From positions 352,001 to 416,000 of the forward strand of contig JBPOFY010000002.1 in NCBI GenBank assembly GCA_051252375.1: a stretch of 64,000 nt of DNA, in the 5' to 3' direction. Position 1 is the first letter of the stretch; every line of letters starts with the position of its first letter. This document shows positions 29,357 through 41,187 of the stretch, in pieces. A program made the position numbers and the translations under genes. This DNA is from Opitutaceae bacterium. GTDB taxonomy: Bacteria > Verrucomicrobiota > Verrucomicrobiia > Opitutales > Coraliomargaritaceae. A model generated the notes under the pieces. That model was not told the DNA's origin. It saw only the letters and a list, made by a program, of their open reading frames with translations, and made no database searches.

Positions 29357-29532
29357 TCCTCAAGACAGAAGTTAGGAGTTAGAATTGAGAAGTTAGGCAT
29401 TCATCATGAAAGACTTACTGTCGCAGTGACGTGCGCCAAAACGGCGAGAGTCCAGTCGGCCTTACCCCATTGACCTCCAGATACTAACTACTCACTCCTG
29501 CCTTCTAGCTACTTTTTTTTTAAGCATAAACG

Positions 29533-29563
29533 AAAAAGCGGGGCCGCCGAAACGACCCCGCTT
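29533..29563 (-). terminator. intrinsic terminator after porin gene
   Basis: AAAAAGCGGGGCCG-CCGAAA-CGACCCCGCTT hairpin with T-tract on minus strand. Confidence 0.75.
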
Positions 29564-29590
29564 AACTCGTAAACAAAAACTACCTGACGG

Positions 29591-30820
29591 CTAGTATTTG
29601 AAATTCATTTCGAAGGTGAACATGTCTTTATCGACACCACCGACACCGCCAGAGCCACCATCGGAATCGTAGCTACCGTATTTAGCTACAAGGGAGAGAT
29701 ACTTATTCACCTTATAGCTGGCGACGAGGTCGATTTCATCGCCGTAATCACCAGCACCGCTTTCAGGAGAAAAGCTGTGGTAAATCAATTTAACTGGGAT
29801 GGATTTCTTTTCGCCAAGTGGAATCGCGTATCCAACATAACCATACACATCTTCAAGTCCGTTTGCGATGCCCGTGCCAGAAGCACCTAAGAAGACGTCG
29901 GCAAAGCCGTTGAATTTATGGAGTGTCGCCAATGGTGTGCGGAAGCCAGGCTCAAGCACTTCAAAACCGGCACCTACAGTGAATCCTGCAATCACAGCAG
30001 AAAGATCACCTGCCATGTAGTCGGCATCAAATGCTGCTGGTGATGCGTCATTGTCCCCTTGCTGAGCATAGCTTAACGCATAGTTAAAGGTGACCTCTTC
30101 TAGGGCAAAGCTACCAGTCGCACGTGCACCAATAGTATCACCGGATTGAGCCGGGGCATCCTCACCATCGATATTATACATGAAAGCAGTCAGTTTAAGT
30201 GCTTTCGAAAGCGCGAGCGACGCGTTTAAACCAAGGGCATCCAGGTCATTGTGTGCACCATTTACAGAGTGCACTTCATCAATGTAGAATGCACTGATCG
30301 TCAGCTTATCAACCGCAGTGTAAGCAGCAGTCAATGCATCGAACACTTGAATGTTTTGACGCCATCCGACGTGCCCGACGAAACGGTGATCATCGAGTGT
30401 ATAGACCTGACGACCCAGCTTAACGCTACCGAAGTCATCGTTCTTATAGTTCACCCACAACTGATTGAGGTCGGTGCCATCGCCTGCATCATCCGCAGGA
30501 TGAATGTCCGCAGCATCGCCACCGACACGTGTGAGTGTTTCACCTTCGACCATCGCGGTGAATCCGGCGAAAGCGGGCGTGGTGTAGCCATATCGGACGC
30601 GAAGTGATGTGCCGTCGCGGTCGCTCGCAGGAACGCCATTATCTAAGTCGAATGACTCATAGCGCAGACGTGCGTCGATGTTGAACTTACCCGGAACGGA
30701 TTCTTCAAGTTTACCAAAAGTAGAGTCTAAAGAAGACTCCACCGGATCAGCCAATAGGCAGGAGCTGCTTGCCGCTAGTGCAAGTACTGTGAGAGCGGAT
30801 GCTGTATGTAGTGATTTCAT
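29591..30820 (-). CDS. alginate-export-family outer-membrane beta-barrel (porin)
   Basis: Signal peptide; RLRYE, LNQLW, GRQ...DDHRFVGHVGWRQN...FDA, TPLATLHKFNGFAD; C-terminal aromatic residue (FKY). Confidence 0.85.
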   Translation of the reverse strand: MKSLHTASALTVLALAASSSCLLADPVESSLDSTFGKLEESVPGKFNIDARLRYESFDLDNGVPASDRDGTSLRVRYGYTTPAFAGFTAMVEGETLTRVGGDAADIHPADDAGDGTDLNQLWVNYKNDDFGSVKLGRQVYTLDDHRFVGHVGWRQNIQVFDALTAAYTAVDKLTISAFYIDEVHSVNGAHNDLDALGLNASLALSKALKLTAFMYNIDGEDAPAQSGDTIGARATGSFALEEVTFNYALSYAQQGDNDASPAAFDADYMAGDLSAVIAGFTVGAGFEVLEPGFRTPLATLHKFNGFADVFLGASGTGIANGLEDVYGYVGYAIPLGEKKSIPVKLIYHSFSPESGAGDYGDEIDLVASYKVNKYLSLVAKYGSYDSDGGSGGVGGVDKDMFTFEMNFKY

Positions 30821-30974
30821 TTTTCAGTTTGTTGTTTGTAAGAGAGTGCTGCGCACGTTTCGAATAACATCACCTTCCGTGCCAATAATCCTAATTTGAA
30901 ATGAATCGAACATGAGCAGAATTCATAAACGCTGTGAAATTTGTTCTTCGGCTACCATACGATTCAAAGCGTGC

Positions 30975-31397
30975 TCATTTCTCTGTAGCAGAAGCCATGA
31001 ATACTTTCAAAGTCGTGCACTCCAAGAAGTCGGACATCTGCATATCCAGCTCGACCAACTTATCATGCAACGGGCACGGATCACCGTTACCGCACCAACC
31101 CGGACCAAAAGGGCACTGCAGGCGATCGCCCCCTTTCTCGAATTGAATAACGATATCGTTCAACTTGATTTGATCGGGCGACTTAGCTAGCCAGTAGCCA
31201 CCACCGGGACCGCGCGTGCCGTCGACCAGGGAAGCCTGCGAAAGCACGACTAAGATTTTCGCGACCAACGTTTGCGGCAAATTACGACGCTCTGCGATAT
31301 CGCCGGAGCTCAGTTTTGTTTCACCGCCATCATATACCTCTGCGAGGTAACTCATGGCGGAGATGGCGTTTTGGGCAGTTTTTCCGTATTTAAGCAT
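30975..31397 (-). CDS. Rrf2 family transcriptional regulator (three Cys, probable Fe-S)
   Basis: IAE...P...KIL..L...LVDGTRGPGGGYWLAK.P..I.L.DI; C-x6-C-x5-C. Confidence 0.92.
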   Translation of the reverse strand: MLKYGKTAQNAISAMSYLAEVYDGGETKLSSGDIAERRNLPQTLVAKILVVLSQASLVDGTRGPGGGYWLAKSPDQIKLNDIVIQFEKGGDRLQCPFGPGWCGNGDPCPLHDKLVELDMQMSDFLECTTLKVFMASATEK

Positions 31398-32649
31398 GTG
31401 TATCCTTTTTCAGGGAAACTTCACCCGAGAAAATCGGCATGGCAACACGGATCGCCAAAGTATAAATTATCAGACCAGCCGCCCAGATGCCTGCAGATAT
31501 CCGCCATTCCAAGCCATTGGGCAGATACTCGACGATTTCGTGCAAGGTATTGGGGATGAATCCGGGAATGATGAGTCCCATCCCCTTCTCGATCCAAATA
31601 CCAACGAAGGCGAGCACACAGGCAGTGATGAGCATCACAGGCTTTTGCGTAATATTAGGACGGAGTAAAAAGATCGCCGCGACAATTGTCAGCCCAACTG
31701 ATGTCCAAATCCAAGGCACCAAGGCATTGTATCCTTCGAGACCGAAGTAGAGATACTTGGCCGACGCAGTGTGCGAACCACCAGTATAGAACTCTGTAAA
31801 GACTTCCGACACGAGCATGAGCAAGTTGATCAAGATCGTGACCCGCATGATATTCACCAGAATCTTAATCGCGCCGTCCCCTACTTTGTATTTACTAAGA
31901 TAGCGGATTACTTCCAGTGCGAGTATGATGAAGGCTGGACCCGAAACGAAAGCGGAGGTCAAGAACCGCGGCGCAAGCAATGCGGTGTTCCAAAACGGCC
32001 GCCCTCCTAAGCCTTGATACAAGAAAGCAGTCACCGTGTGAATCGAGATCGCCCAAGCAATCGAGATGAAGACGAAAGGGATATACCAACGTGGATTGGC
32101 AGGAATACCACGGTAACGATTATAGAGCAAATAGCCGCAAATGTGCATATTGATCAGCAAATAGCCGTTCAACACGATCACGTCCCACGTCAGCATCGAT
32201 ACGGGGAAGTGAAACTTTCCGATCCCCGGGATCATGTGCCAAAAACGATCGGGACGACCGAGGTCAACCATCACAAATGCTATACACATAAAGATCGCAG
32301 CGATCGCGAGCAGCTCACCGATGATCACGATGTCGTGCATGTCCTCATCATGATACAAATAGGCAGGGATCACCATCATCACTCCCCCGGCCGCGAGACC
32401 GACCATGAATGTAAAGTTGGCAATGTAGAGACCCCAGGAAACGTGGTCCGTCATGTTCGTCACGCCCATGCCTTCGGTGACCTGAACGGCCCAGGCGTTC
32501 ACGCCGACCAGGGCTACGGCTGAGAGAAAAATCATCCACGCGTAGAAGAGCCAATTGCCTTCAGTGGAGAGGACGATCATACGCCAGAGGAACTTTGGAT
32601 AGCTCACTAAATGACTACCCCCGGATGCGGCTGTGGGTGATTTACTCAT
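31390..32649 (-). CDS. NrfD/PsrC/QrcD-family membrane quinol-interacting subunit
   Basis: VSWGLYIANFTFMVGLAAG, DLGRPDRFWH, SMLTWD, IHTVTAFLY, APRFL; about 10 TM helices. Confidence 0.92.
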   Translation of the reverse strand: MSKSPTAASGGSHLVSYPKFLWRMIVLSTEGNWLFYAWMIFLSAVALVGVNAWAVQVTEGMGVTNMTDHVSWGLYIANFTFMVGLAAGGVMMVIPAYLYHDEDMHDIVIIGELLAIAAIFMCIAFVMVDLGRPDRFWHMIPGIGKFHFPVSMLTWDVIVLNGYLLINMHICGYLLYNRYRGIPANPRWYIPFVFISIAWAISIHTVTAFLYQGLGGRPFWNTALLAPRFLTSAFVSGPAFIILALEVIRYLSKYKVGDGAIKILVNIMRVTILINLLMLVSEVFTEFYTGGSHTASAKYLYFGLEGYNALVPWIWTSVGLTIVAAIFLLRPNITQKPVMLITACVLAFVGIWIEKGMGLIIPGFIPNTLHEIVEYLPNGLEWRISAGIWAAGLIIYTLAIRVAMPIFSGEVSLKKDTHA

Positions 32650-33571
32650 CGAAGAAATAATAGAAGCTGGGTTTAGTGCCGAGTTCCTCTTTCAGCACGA
32701 AGACGCGTTTGTTTTCCAACACCCAGCGAATTTCTGAGTCCGGATCGAGGATGTTACCAAAGACACGTGCACCGGTCGGGCAGGCTTCGAGACAAGCGGG
32801 TAATTTGCCCTCGCGAGTGCGATGCATACAGAAAGTGCATTTCTCCATCACGCCTTGTGGGCGGATGCGGTTACTGAGATAGCCTTGCACTGGGTTCACC
32901 TCCTCAGCGGGAACGACTGGCTTGGTCCAATTGAAACGACGCGCGTGGTATGGACAAGCAGCCTCACAGTAGCGGCAACCGATACACCAATTGTAATCCA
33001 CTGCGACGATGCCGTCCTTCTCTTTCCAAGTCGCTTCGACAGGGCACACATCCACGCACGGTGGATTGTCGCACTGTTGGCATTGCACCGGCATATAAAA
33101 GGAATCGGACTTTGGAACGGGACCGGAATAATCCGCGCGACCATGCTCCATATCGAGCGAGCCCTTCTTCATTTCCAACACACGGATGTAAGAGTTGCCG
33201 GTAGCTCGGTCGTGGTTGTTTTCCTTGTGACAAGCTTGAGCGCATTTACGACAACCGACACAGATACTAAGGTTGAGCGCATAGGCAAATTTAACGCCGT
33301 CCTGTGCCTTCGAGTCCGTGATGGTCACATCCGCGCCGTAGTTTTCTTTGGCTTCCGCTTCGAGTCGTGCGATCACTTCCTGCATCTGCTCGGGCGATAA
33401 CTCGCGATAGTGATTTTGCAAAAATTCGTCGACCGATTGGTCCGCCGCCCAGTTAGTTAGCGGGGCGATTGCTTTAGCGAAGGCTGCTGCGCCCAAGGTC
33501 GCGCCGACACCCTTAAGTGCGGTGCGCCGTGTGATGCCTTTGGTAGATTCAGTTTTGGGGTCTTCAGACAT
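32642..33571 (-). CDS. Tat-exported NrfC/QrcC-like 4x[4Fe-4S] protein
   Basis: TRRTALK Tat motif; CVGCRKC..AC, CQQCDNPPCVDVCP, CIGCRYCEAACP, KCTFC...PACLEACP. Confidence 0.92.
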   Translation of the reverse strand: MSEDPKTESTKGITRRTALKGVGATLGAAAFAKAIAPLTNWAADQSVDEFLQNHYRELSPEQMQEVIARLEAEAKENYGADVTITDSKAQDGVKFAYALNLSICVGCRKCAQACHKENNHDRATGNSYIRVLEMKKGSLDMEHGRADYSGPVPKSDSFYMPVQCQQCDNPPCVDVCPVEATWKEKDGIVAVDYNWCIGCRYCEAACPYHARRFNWTKPVVPAEEVNPVQGYLSNRIRPQGVMEKCTFCMHRTREGKLPACLEACPTGARVFGNILDPDSEIRWVLENKRVFVLKEELGTKPSFYYFFDE

Positions 33572-33576
33572 ATTGA

Positions 33577-34221
33577 TTAGTGGCTAGAATGCTCGCCGTT
33601 CTTTGGCGGAATAATGTCCTGCGGAGGAAAGACAGGCATGAGTTGTGGATAGGCAGGTGCGTGCACATCGTGGCAAACCATGCAGGCATTACGCTGGCGA
33701 GGGCCGCGGGAAAGATCCCAGTAACCATTCATACCGCCATGCGAACCGTGTTGATAATCTCGATATTGAGGACCGTGGCATTGCGCACAAAGCTGCATCG
33801 CATTTTCAAAACCTACGTCCGTTCCATCCGCGAGTTTCAGCGTGTCGTAGTTGTCCTCGTTATGGCAACTCAAGCAACTAAGGTTACCGTGCTGCATGAT
33901 CAAACCTTGGTGAAAGGAATCTAAATCTTCACTCGTGCGTGTTGCCGCAGGGGCACGAGTCGAGTGGCAGGTAGCACAAGCCACCTCAACCGGCTCACCG
34001 CCGTGCGTTAACGCATCGGTCAATACTGTCGGCATCGTAGGCTTACCTATGATTTCCACTTCGTAGCGCTTCTCTGAACGTAGCGCGTAATCCCCCCCGA
34101 TTCCCTCCGCCTCTGCAAAAGAGGAGAAAGAGTGCTGATAAATCCAAAAGCTACCCGCAATAATAGCAGCGCCAAGTAAGAGGGATACAGTTCCGATGAC
34201 GGTCGAAGTTTTCATCTGCAT
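33577..34221 (-). CDS. membrane-anchored tetrahaem cytochrome c
   Basis: N-terminal TM helix; CATCH, CLSCH, CAQCH, CMVCH. Confidence 0.9.
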   Translation of the reverse strand: MQMKTSTVIGTVSLLLGAAIIAGSFWIYQHSFSSFAEAEGIGGDYALRSEKRYEVEIIGKPTMPTVLTDALTHGGEPVEVACATCHSTRAPAATRTSEDLDSFHQGLIMQHGNLSCLSCHNEDNYDTLKLADGTDVGFENAMQLCAQCHGPQYRDYQHGSHGGMNGYWDLSRGPRQRNACMVCHDVHAPAYPQLMPVFPPQDIIPPKNGEHSSH

Positions 34222-34241
34222 CCATTCATGAGCACTTCTTT

Positions 34242-34280
34242 TTCTTAATTCAAGAATAAAAGGTATTTAATTCTTGATAA
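34242..34280. promoter_or_regulatory. AT-rich divergent promoter region with inverted repeat (candidate operator)
   Basis: TCAAGAAT-N12-ATTCTTGA at 34250-34277 in the 90-bp gap between divergent operons. Confidence 0.45.
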
Positions 34281-34311
34281 TTATTTTTTGGCTGACTAGC
34301 TTACGAAAAGA

Positions 34312-34589
34312 ATGAGCAAACAACGCCCATGGCACACCGCTCTCAGCAGCTTAGTCGTCACCCTTGCGGATGACGCAAACCTAGCTGCATCCACGACCAC
34401 CGACATCGCCGCACACGAAGCGATCACTGTTGAGAAAGCCATAGGCGCTTACTTACCGGTCGCCATCGAAGCCGCCGACGCACGCCCAATCCATCAGTGG
34501 TTAGAGTCGCTGCCTGGTGTGCGCTACGTCGATGTGGTTTTTTGCTCCACTGAATTCCCTGAAGATGAACCCCAAGCCCAAAGCGTCTA

Positions 34590-34590
<1 letters not shown>
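34312..34590 (+). CDS. napD: NapD-like chaperone
   Basis: 92 aa; SSLVV near N-terminus, LESLPGV..VDVVF near C-terminus; TAATG-coupled to napA. Confidence 0.7.
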
Positions 34591-37022
<2,432 letters not shown>

Positions 37023-37025
37023 GCC

Positions 37026-37847
37026 ATGCCGCACAAAGCCAAATCGATTAAAGCAACCACCTTGGTTGTCGCTGCCGTCTTCACCATATCGGTCAGCGGT
37101 TTCTTCATGGGCATGCGGCAGACCGTGAAAGAAACAGGGCAACCCGTCGATCTGCTTACCCAGCATGATGAAGCAGACCATTCGACACACAGTGTGAAAC
37201 CCGCAGTTGATTACAGTCTAATCGCAGAAGCTGGCTTCGGTCCGAATGCGCATTTCAAAAGCCAGCTCAACACACTCGTCAGCCACCCAGCAGACTCGGG
37301 ACACCCGATTCAATTGCTGGCTACCGCAGCCGTGCTACGCGAAAAAAGGAATGCCCGCCGCGCCTATGATGGTGCCCCGCCTATCGTGCCGCACCCGATC
37401 ACACAAGACAGTGCCGCAAGTTGCCTACAGTGCCACAGCAAGGCCACCCAAATCGGCGATGTGGTTGCACCCGGAATCTCACACCCGATCTACACCAGTT
37501 GCACGCAATGCCACGTATCCGACAAAGGCCTCGGCAGTCGCTGGAACACCGCTGAGTTCGACCTACACACCGGCAATCGCTTTGCGGGCAACTACGATGC
37601 TAAGCCAGTCGAACGCGCCTATACCGACTCGCCGCCCACTATCCCACACCAAGTGCACATGCGCCAAAACTGTATGAGCTGTCACGGCGAGCTAGGCACC
37701 AGCCCCATCCGCACGACGCACCCCGAGCGCCAAAGCTGCACGCAATGCCACGTCCCGAGCGGGCAAGTCGACAAGAGCAATTTCGCCGAATCGCCCTTCC
37801 CTCTCATTGAAGAAATGCTTGAAGCCAAGGAGGCAACAACCCCCTAA
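37026..37847 (+). CDS. napB: NapB-type cytochrome c with duplicated dihaem domain (4 haems)
   Basis: Two copies of RAY..xPP.xPH...CxxCH...HP...CTQCHV. Confidence 0.85.
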   Translation: MPHKAKSIKATTLVVAAVFTISVSGFFMGMRQTVKETGQPVDLLTQHDEADHSTHSVKPAVDYSLIAEAGFGPNAHFKSQLNTLVSHPADSGHPIQLLATAAVLREKRNARRAYDGAPPIVPHPITQDSAASCLQCHSKATQIGDVVAPGISHPIYTSCTQCHVSDKGLGSRWNTAEFDLHTGNRFAGNYDAKPVERAYTDSPPTIPHQVHMRQNCMSCHGELGTSPIRTTHPERQSCTQCHVPSGQVDKSNFAESPFPLIEEMLEAKEATTP

Positions 37848-37873
37848 CCTTCCACCTTCATTTCCACTCCTAA

Positions 37874-38215
37874 ATGGCCGCACTTTCCAGACGCGATTTC
37901 TTCAGCCGCTTTGTTCCCAAAGCGCCTAAACCGATCGTCGCCAGTAACGAAGTCGAGGGTCCGCAAGTTGCCATCATCCAGGGCCGTCACTGCCTCGCCT
38001 ACCAAAAGAGTTTTTGCTCCGTCTGTAGCGAGCGCTGCCCGGAACCAGAAGCCATCATCACTCAACGTGGCATCCCACATATCAACGCCGACAAATGCAC
38101 CGGTTGCCGTATCTGCTACGACGTCTGCCCCGCACCGACCAATGCCATTTTAATAACCAAGAAAATGGAAAGAGCCGCCCCATCCAGTTCCACAGAAACC
38201 ACGCCTTTCTTTTAG
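37874..38215 (+). CDS. NapF/NapG-like small ferredoxin
   Basis: LSRRDFF; CLAY...CSVCSERCP and CTGCRICYDVCP. Confidence 0.85.
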   Translation: MAALSRRDFFSRFVPKAPKPIVASNEVEGPQVAIIQGRHCLAYQKSFCSVCSERCPEPEAIITQRGIPHINADKCTGCRICYDVCPAPTNAILITKKMERAAPSSSTETTPFF

Positions 38216-38225
38216 CTATACAATT

Positions 38226-38531
38226 ATGTCAACTGAAACACCACTTCCCGAGCTCCATCAAACCGTGCTCACTCCCGACCACCTCAACGCACTCTTCAAC
38301 GATTTGGAGAGCTGCACAGAGATACTCCTCGTCATGCCCAAAGCAGCACCGGGCTATGTCGGCATAAAAGAAGTCAGCCTCGAAGAAGGAAAAACGCTCC
38401 TCGTAAACGGCAGTCTACGTGGCCTTCAGATCCGCTACCAATATCAAGGCGCAGAATGGTGGGACACCCTCATCAACCGCGACGGGCAAATCCACATCAC
38501 CCGTATCCAACAAAATTTCCAAAACTCTTAA
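38226..38531 (+). CDS. hypothetical protein in nap operon
   Basis: 101-aa ORF tightly packed in the operon; GLQIRY...WWDTL. Confidence 0.7.
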   Translation: MSTETPLPELHQTVLTPDHLNALFNDLESCTEILLVMPKAAPGYVGIKEVSLEEGKTLLVNGSLRGLQIRYQYQGAEWWDTLINRDGQIHITRIQQNFQNS

Positions 38532-38535
38532 CTCT

Positions 38536-38577
38536 CCACTTCCCACTTCCCACTTCCCACTTCCCACTTCCCACTTT
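38536..38577 (+). repeat. heptamer tandem repeat (CCACTTC), about 6 units
   Basis: Direct reading of intergenic sequence. Confidence 0.95.
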
Positions 38578-38583
38578 TAAATT

Positions 38584-38835
38584 ATGCAAATCGAAAACAT
38601 AGAAACTCACGGCCACGAAGTCCTCGAAATGATGATTGAGTCCGGCCATCCTTACAGCAACGAGAGCCTGAAAACTGCGATCGATCTGAAATTCGGCACC
38701 GACGCACGTTTCTACATTTGCTCCGGCGGCAACATGACTGCCAACGAGCTCATCGAAGCACTCTGGGCAAAAGACAAGTTTACCGGCACAACCGAGTCCT
38801 TCGTCTTTGACCCAGCTAATCGCTGCAACCACTAG
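38584..38835 (+). CDS. YecH (DUF2492) family putative metal-binding protein
   Basis: HGHEVLEMM, FG.DARF..CS...MTA.ELI, C-terminal CNH. Confidence 0.88.
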   Translation: MQIENIETHGHEVLEMMIESGHPYSNESLKTAIDLKFGTDARFYICSGGNMTANELIEALWAKDKFTGTTESFVFDPANRCNH

Positions 38836-38853
38836 GCGAAAGCTCTGCTCCTT

Positions 38854-38966
38854 GAACATCGAACTTCCAACGTCCAACGCTGAACTTCGAGAAAAGAATA
38901 CTATCATGGATTTAAAACCTTCCCCCGATTCAACCTTCGACGTTGGAGGTTCGACCTTCGATGTTC
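38854..38966. repeat. heptamer-periodic imperfect inverted repeat
   Basis: GAACATC GAACTTC CAACGTC CAACGCT GAACTTC ... TTCAACC TTCGACG TTGGAGG TTCGACC TTCGATG TTC. Confidence 0.8.
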
Positions 38967-38983
38967 CGCAAACGCACAAACCG

Positions 38984-39322
38984 ATGATTAAAAACATCCC
39001 ATTCGGCGAATCCGTCGCACTCACCGACATGGTCAGCTATCAAAGCGGGCAAGTCGTCAGCCGCACGCTTGCGCAGAACAAGCACATGAACATGAGCGTA
39101 TTTGCTTTTGCTAAAGGTGAAGGACTCAGCACGCACAGTTCAAGTGGCGATGCCATGGTGCAAGTGCTCGACGGTGTCGGACAATTCACCGTCGGCAAAA
39201 ATCCACCGGTCAAAGTCGCCAAAGGTCAAACCATCGTGCTGCCCGCCAACGTGCCACACGCTGTCGACGCACCGGAAGACTTCAAAATGCTACTCACCGT
39301 CGTTAAGCCGCCGAAAATCTAG
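38984..39322 (+). CDS. cupin domain protein
   Basis: GQVVSRTL, FAFAKGEGLSTH, DAMVQVLDG, PANVPHAV.A...FKMLL; start at 38984 (the longer track ORF runs through the repeat). Confidence 0.88.
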   Translation: MIKNIPFGESVALTDMVSYQSGQVVSRTLAQNKHMNMSVFAFAKGEGLSTHSSSGDAMVQVLDGVGQFTVGKNPPVKVAKGQTIVLPANVPHAVDAPEDFKMLLTVVKPPKI

Positions 39323-39714
39323 CGCGACTGCAAACGGATCTTATTCAGCTGATTGCCGCGACAAACATCCATCACTTCGGTGACATGTTTGAGCGGCACA
39401 TCTTCGTCGGCGATCAACAGCACAGGCATGTCCGGAGTGGTCCTGCCAGCGATTTGCATGGCTGCTTTCAACTCATTGATCGCTACGGAACGATCATTTA
39501 GAAAGACCTCCCCTTCGGGGCTGATGGCGATCACGATTTGCTCTTTAATATCGTTCTTACCCGCGGTCTCAATCTTTGGCACCGTGATATTCAGCGTGCT
39601 CACTTGCTTGAACTGCATCGTAACCAAAAAGAAAAACAACAACACCGTGAGCACATCGACCAAAGGGACGATGTTAATGGTGGGCTGTCGGCGCCTGCGG
39701 TTTACGAGAGACAT
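39319..39714 (-). CDS. exbD: biopolymer transport ExbD/TolR
   Basis: INIVPLVDVLTVLLFFFLVT; IAD..V....V..VMD. Confidence 0.9.
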   Translation of the reverse strand: MSLVNRRRRQPTINIVPLVDVLTVLLFFFLVTMQFKQVSTLNITVPKIETAGKNDIKEQIVIAISPEGEVFLNDRSVAINELKAAMQIAGRTTPDMPVLLIADEDVPLKHVTEVMDVCRGNQLNKIRLQSR

Positions 39715-39747
39715 GTGTGAGTAAACAGTGGAAGTGAATCGTCTTCG

Positions 39748-40326
39748 TTATTGCTGCGCTGATTTGCGCTCGCGCAGCTCAATGAGGCATTCCACCCCGA
39801 CGCTTATACGAGCAGCCAAAGACTCGACACGACGCAGTAGATACGCGTGTGCAGCCAAAGAAGGAATCGCGATCGCTAGTCCCAAAATCGTGGTGTTCAA
39901 CGCCAGTGCGATGCCCTTAATAAAGGCAGCTGGATCAGGCAGACCTGTGTCTGCGGAAAAGCCACCAAAGACTTGAGTCAACCCTGTCACTGTGCCGAGC
40001 AAGCCAAGCAACGGTGCCGCGCCAATCACGACCTCTAAAAGAAACATCCCCCGCTCCATTCGGCTCACTTCCAGTCGAGCAAAAGCATTGAGTGCATCGG
40101 CATCCGGCTGACGCTCACGATAAAAACTGACTATGCGCCCAGTCACGGATGACATGCTAGACTCCACCTTATCCAAATCGCCTTCCACAAAAGCATCCAC
40201 CATGTGGGTGGGAATGACCCGTGAGTTGCGCAGCGCAATCAAGCGCTCGATCGTTATAAATACGGCAATGAAGGAACACACCGCCAAGGGGTAGAGAAAG
40301 ATGCCTGCGTTATTGAGTAAATCCAT
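39748..40326 (-). CDS. exbB: MotA/TolQ/ExbB proton channel protein
   Basis: APLLGLLGTVTG, GIALALNTTILGLAIAIP. Confidence 0.9.
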   Translation of the reverse strand: MDLLNNAGIFLYPLAVCSFIAVFITIERLIALRNSRVIPTHMVDAFVEGDLDKVESSMSSVTGRIVSFYRERQPDADALNAFARLEVSRMERGMFLLEVVIGAAPLLGLLGTVTGLTQVFGGFSADTGLPDPAAFIKGIALALNTTILGLAIAIPSLAAHAYLLRRVESLAARISVGVECLIELRERKSAQQ

Positions 40327-40480
40327 GGTAGTGATATGAGAGCGATCAAATGGTCGACGAAGTCATCCGAGCTTGGTCACCCCGAAAACAACATGGTTCC
40401 TATCTGCCAGAACTTTCACGATACGGCTAGCGCGAAAATTAGATGTTCCTGGAGGGCGATGCTGCGCAAATGACCTCAAA

Positions 40481-40661
40481 TGGAGGGCGATGCTCCGTCA
40501 TCGCCGCCCGTTAGTGCTAAGTCTATCAAACGCTCGGCGGTTGCGACGGAGCGCAACCCTCCAAAACACGCACGCCAATGGAGGGCGATGCTCCGTCATC
40601 GCCGCCCGTTAGTGCTAAGTCTATCAAACGCTCGGCGGTTGCGCCGGAGCGCAACCCTCCA
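40481..40661. repeat. two tandem 83-bp REPIN units (TGGAG family)
   Basis: Units at 40481-40563 and 40579-40661, near-identical; each is two inverted TGGAG-hairpin REPs. Confidence 0.92.
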
Positions 40662-40705
40662 GAAAGAGAATTTACATCTTCATATATTAATACAAATATC
40701 CAAAC

Positions 40706-41182
40706 ATGAGCGACCTTCCTGAACGCAAGCGTCCAGCGCAGCAATCTGTCCATGAACATGGCAATCGCTCATCTATCATTTTTGTAACTGTCTGCACGCA
40801 TGAACGCCAATCGATTCTAGCCCAGAAAGACATACATCACTTGCTAATCAAAAGCTGGGAAGCCGCGAATCACTGGCTTGTTGGACACTATATGATCATG
40901 CCAGACCACATCCATTTATTTTGTGCACCGGCAAACTATGAACATACTTCGATCCAACAATGGATTCGTTTTTGGAAATCTTACGCATCCAAGCAATGGC
41001 CTCGAGTCGAAGAACAACCAATCTGGCAAACTAATGCATGGAACCGTCAACTGCGTAGCGGAGACAGCTATTCAGAGAAATGGGCTTACGTGCAAAACAA
41101 TCCTGTGCGCCATAACAAAGTGACCAATGCAGCAGATTGGCCATACCAAGGAGAGCTAAACACCTTGTATTGGCATGACTAG
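40706..41182 (+). mobile_element. REP-associated tyrosine transposase (RAYT, Y1/HUH)
   Basis: FVTVCT, MPDHIHL HUH motif, WQ...WNR..R, YVQNNPV; flanked by REPINs on both sides. Confidence 0.9.
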
Positions 41183-41187
41183 TTTCA

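Noticed and set aside
31390..34221. Calling the module a complete Nrf nitrite reductase, Psr or alternative complex III
   Set aside because: No NrfA (no CxxCK haem), no PsrA/ActB molybdopterin-type subunit and no ActDEF genes are adjacent.
38807..38983. N-terminal extension of the cupin ORF
   Set aside because: Runs through the heptamer hairpin and overlaps the YecH gene; the cupin pattern begins at Met 38984.
40373..40759. Short ORFs over the RAYT-flanking repeats (also 41175..41360)
   Set aside because: They are translations of the 83-bp palindromic units, with the same peptide recurring at each copy.
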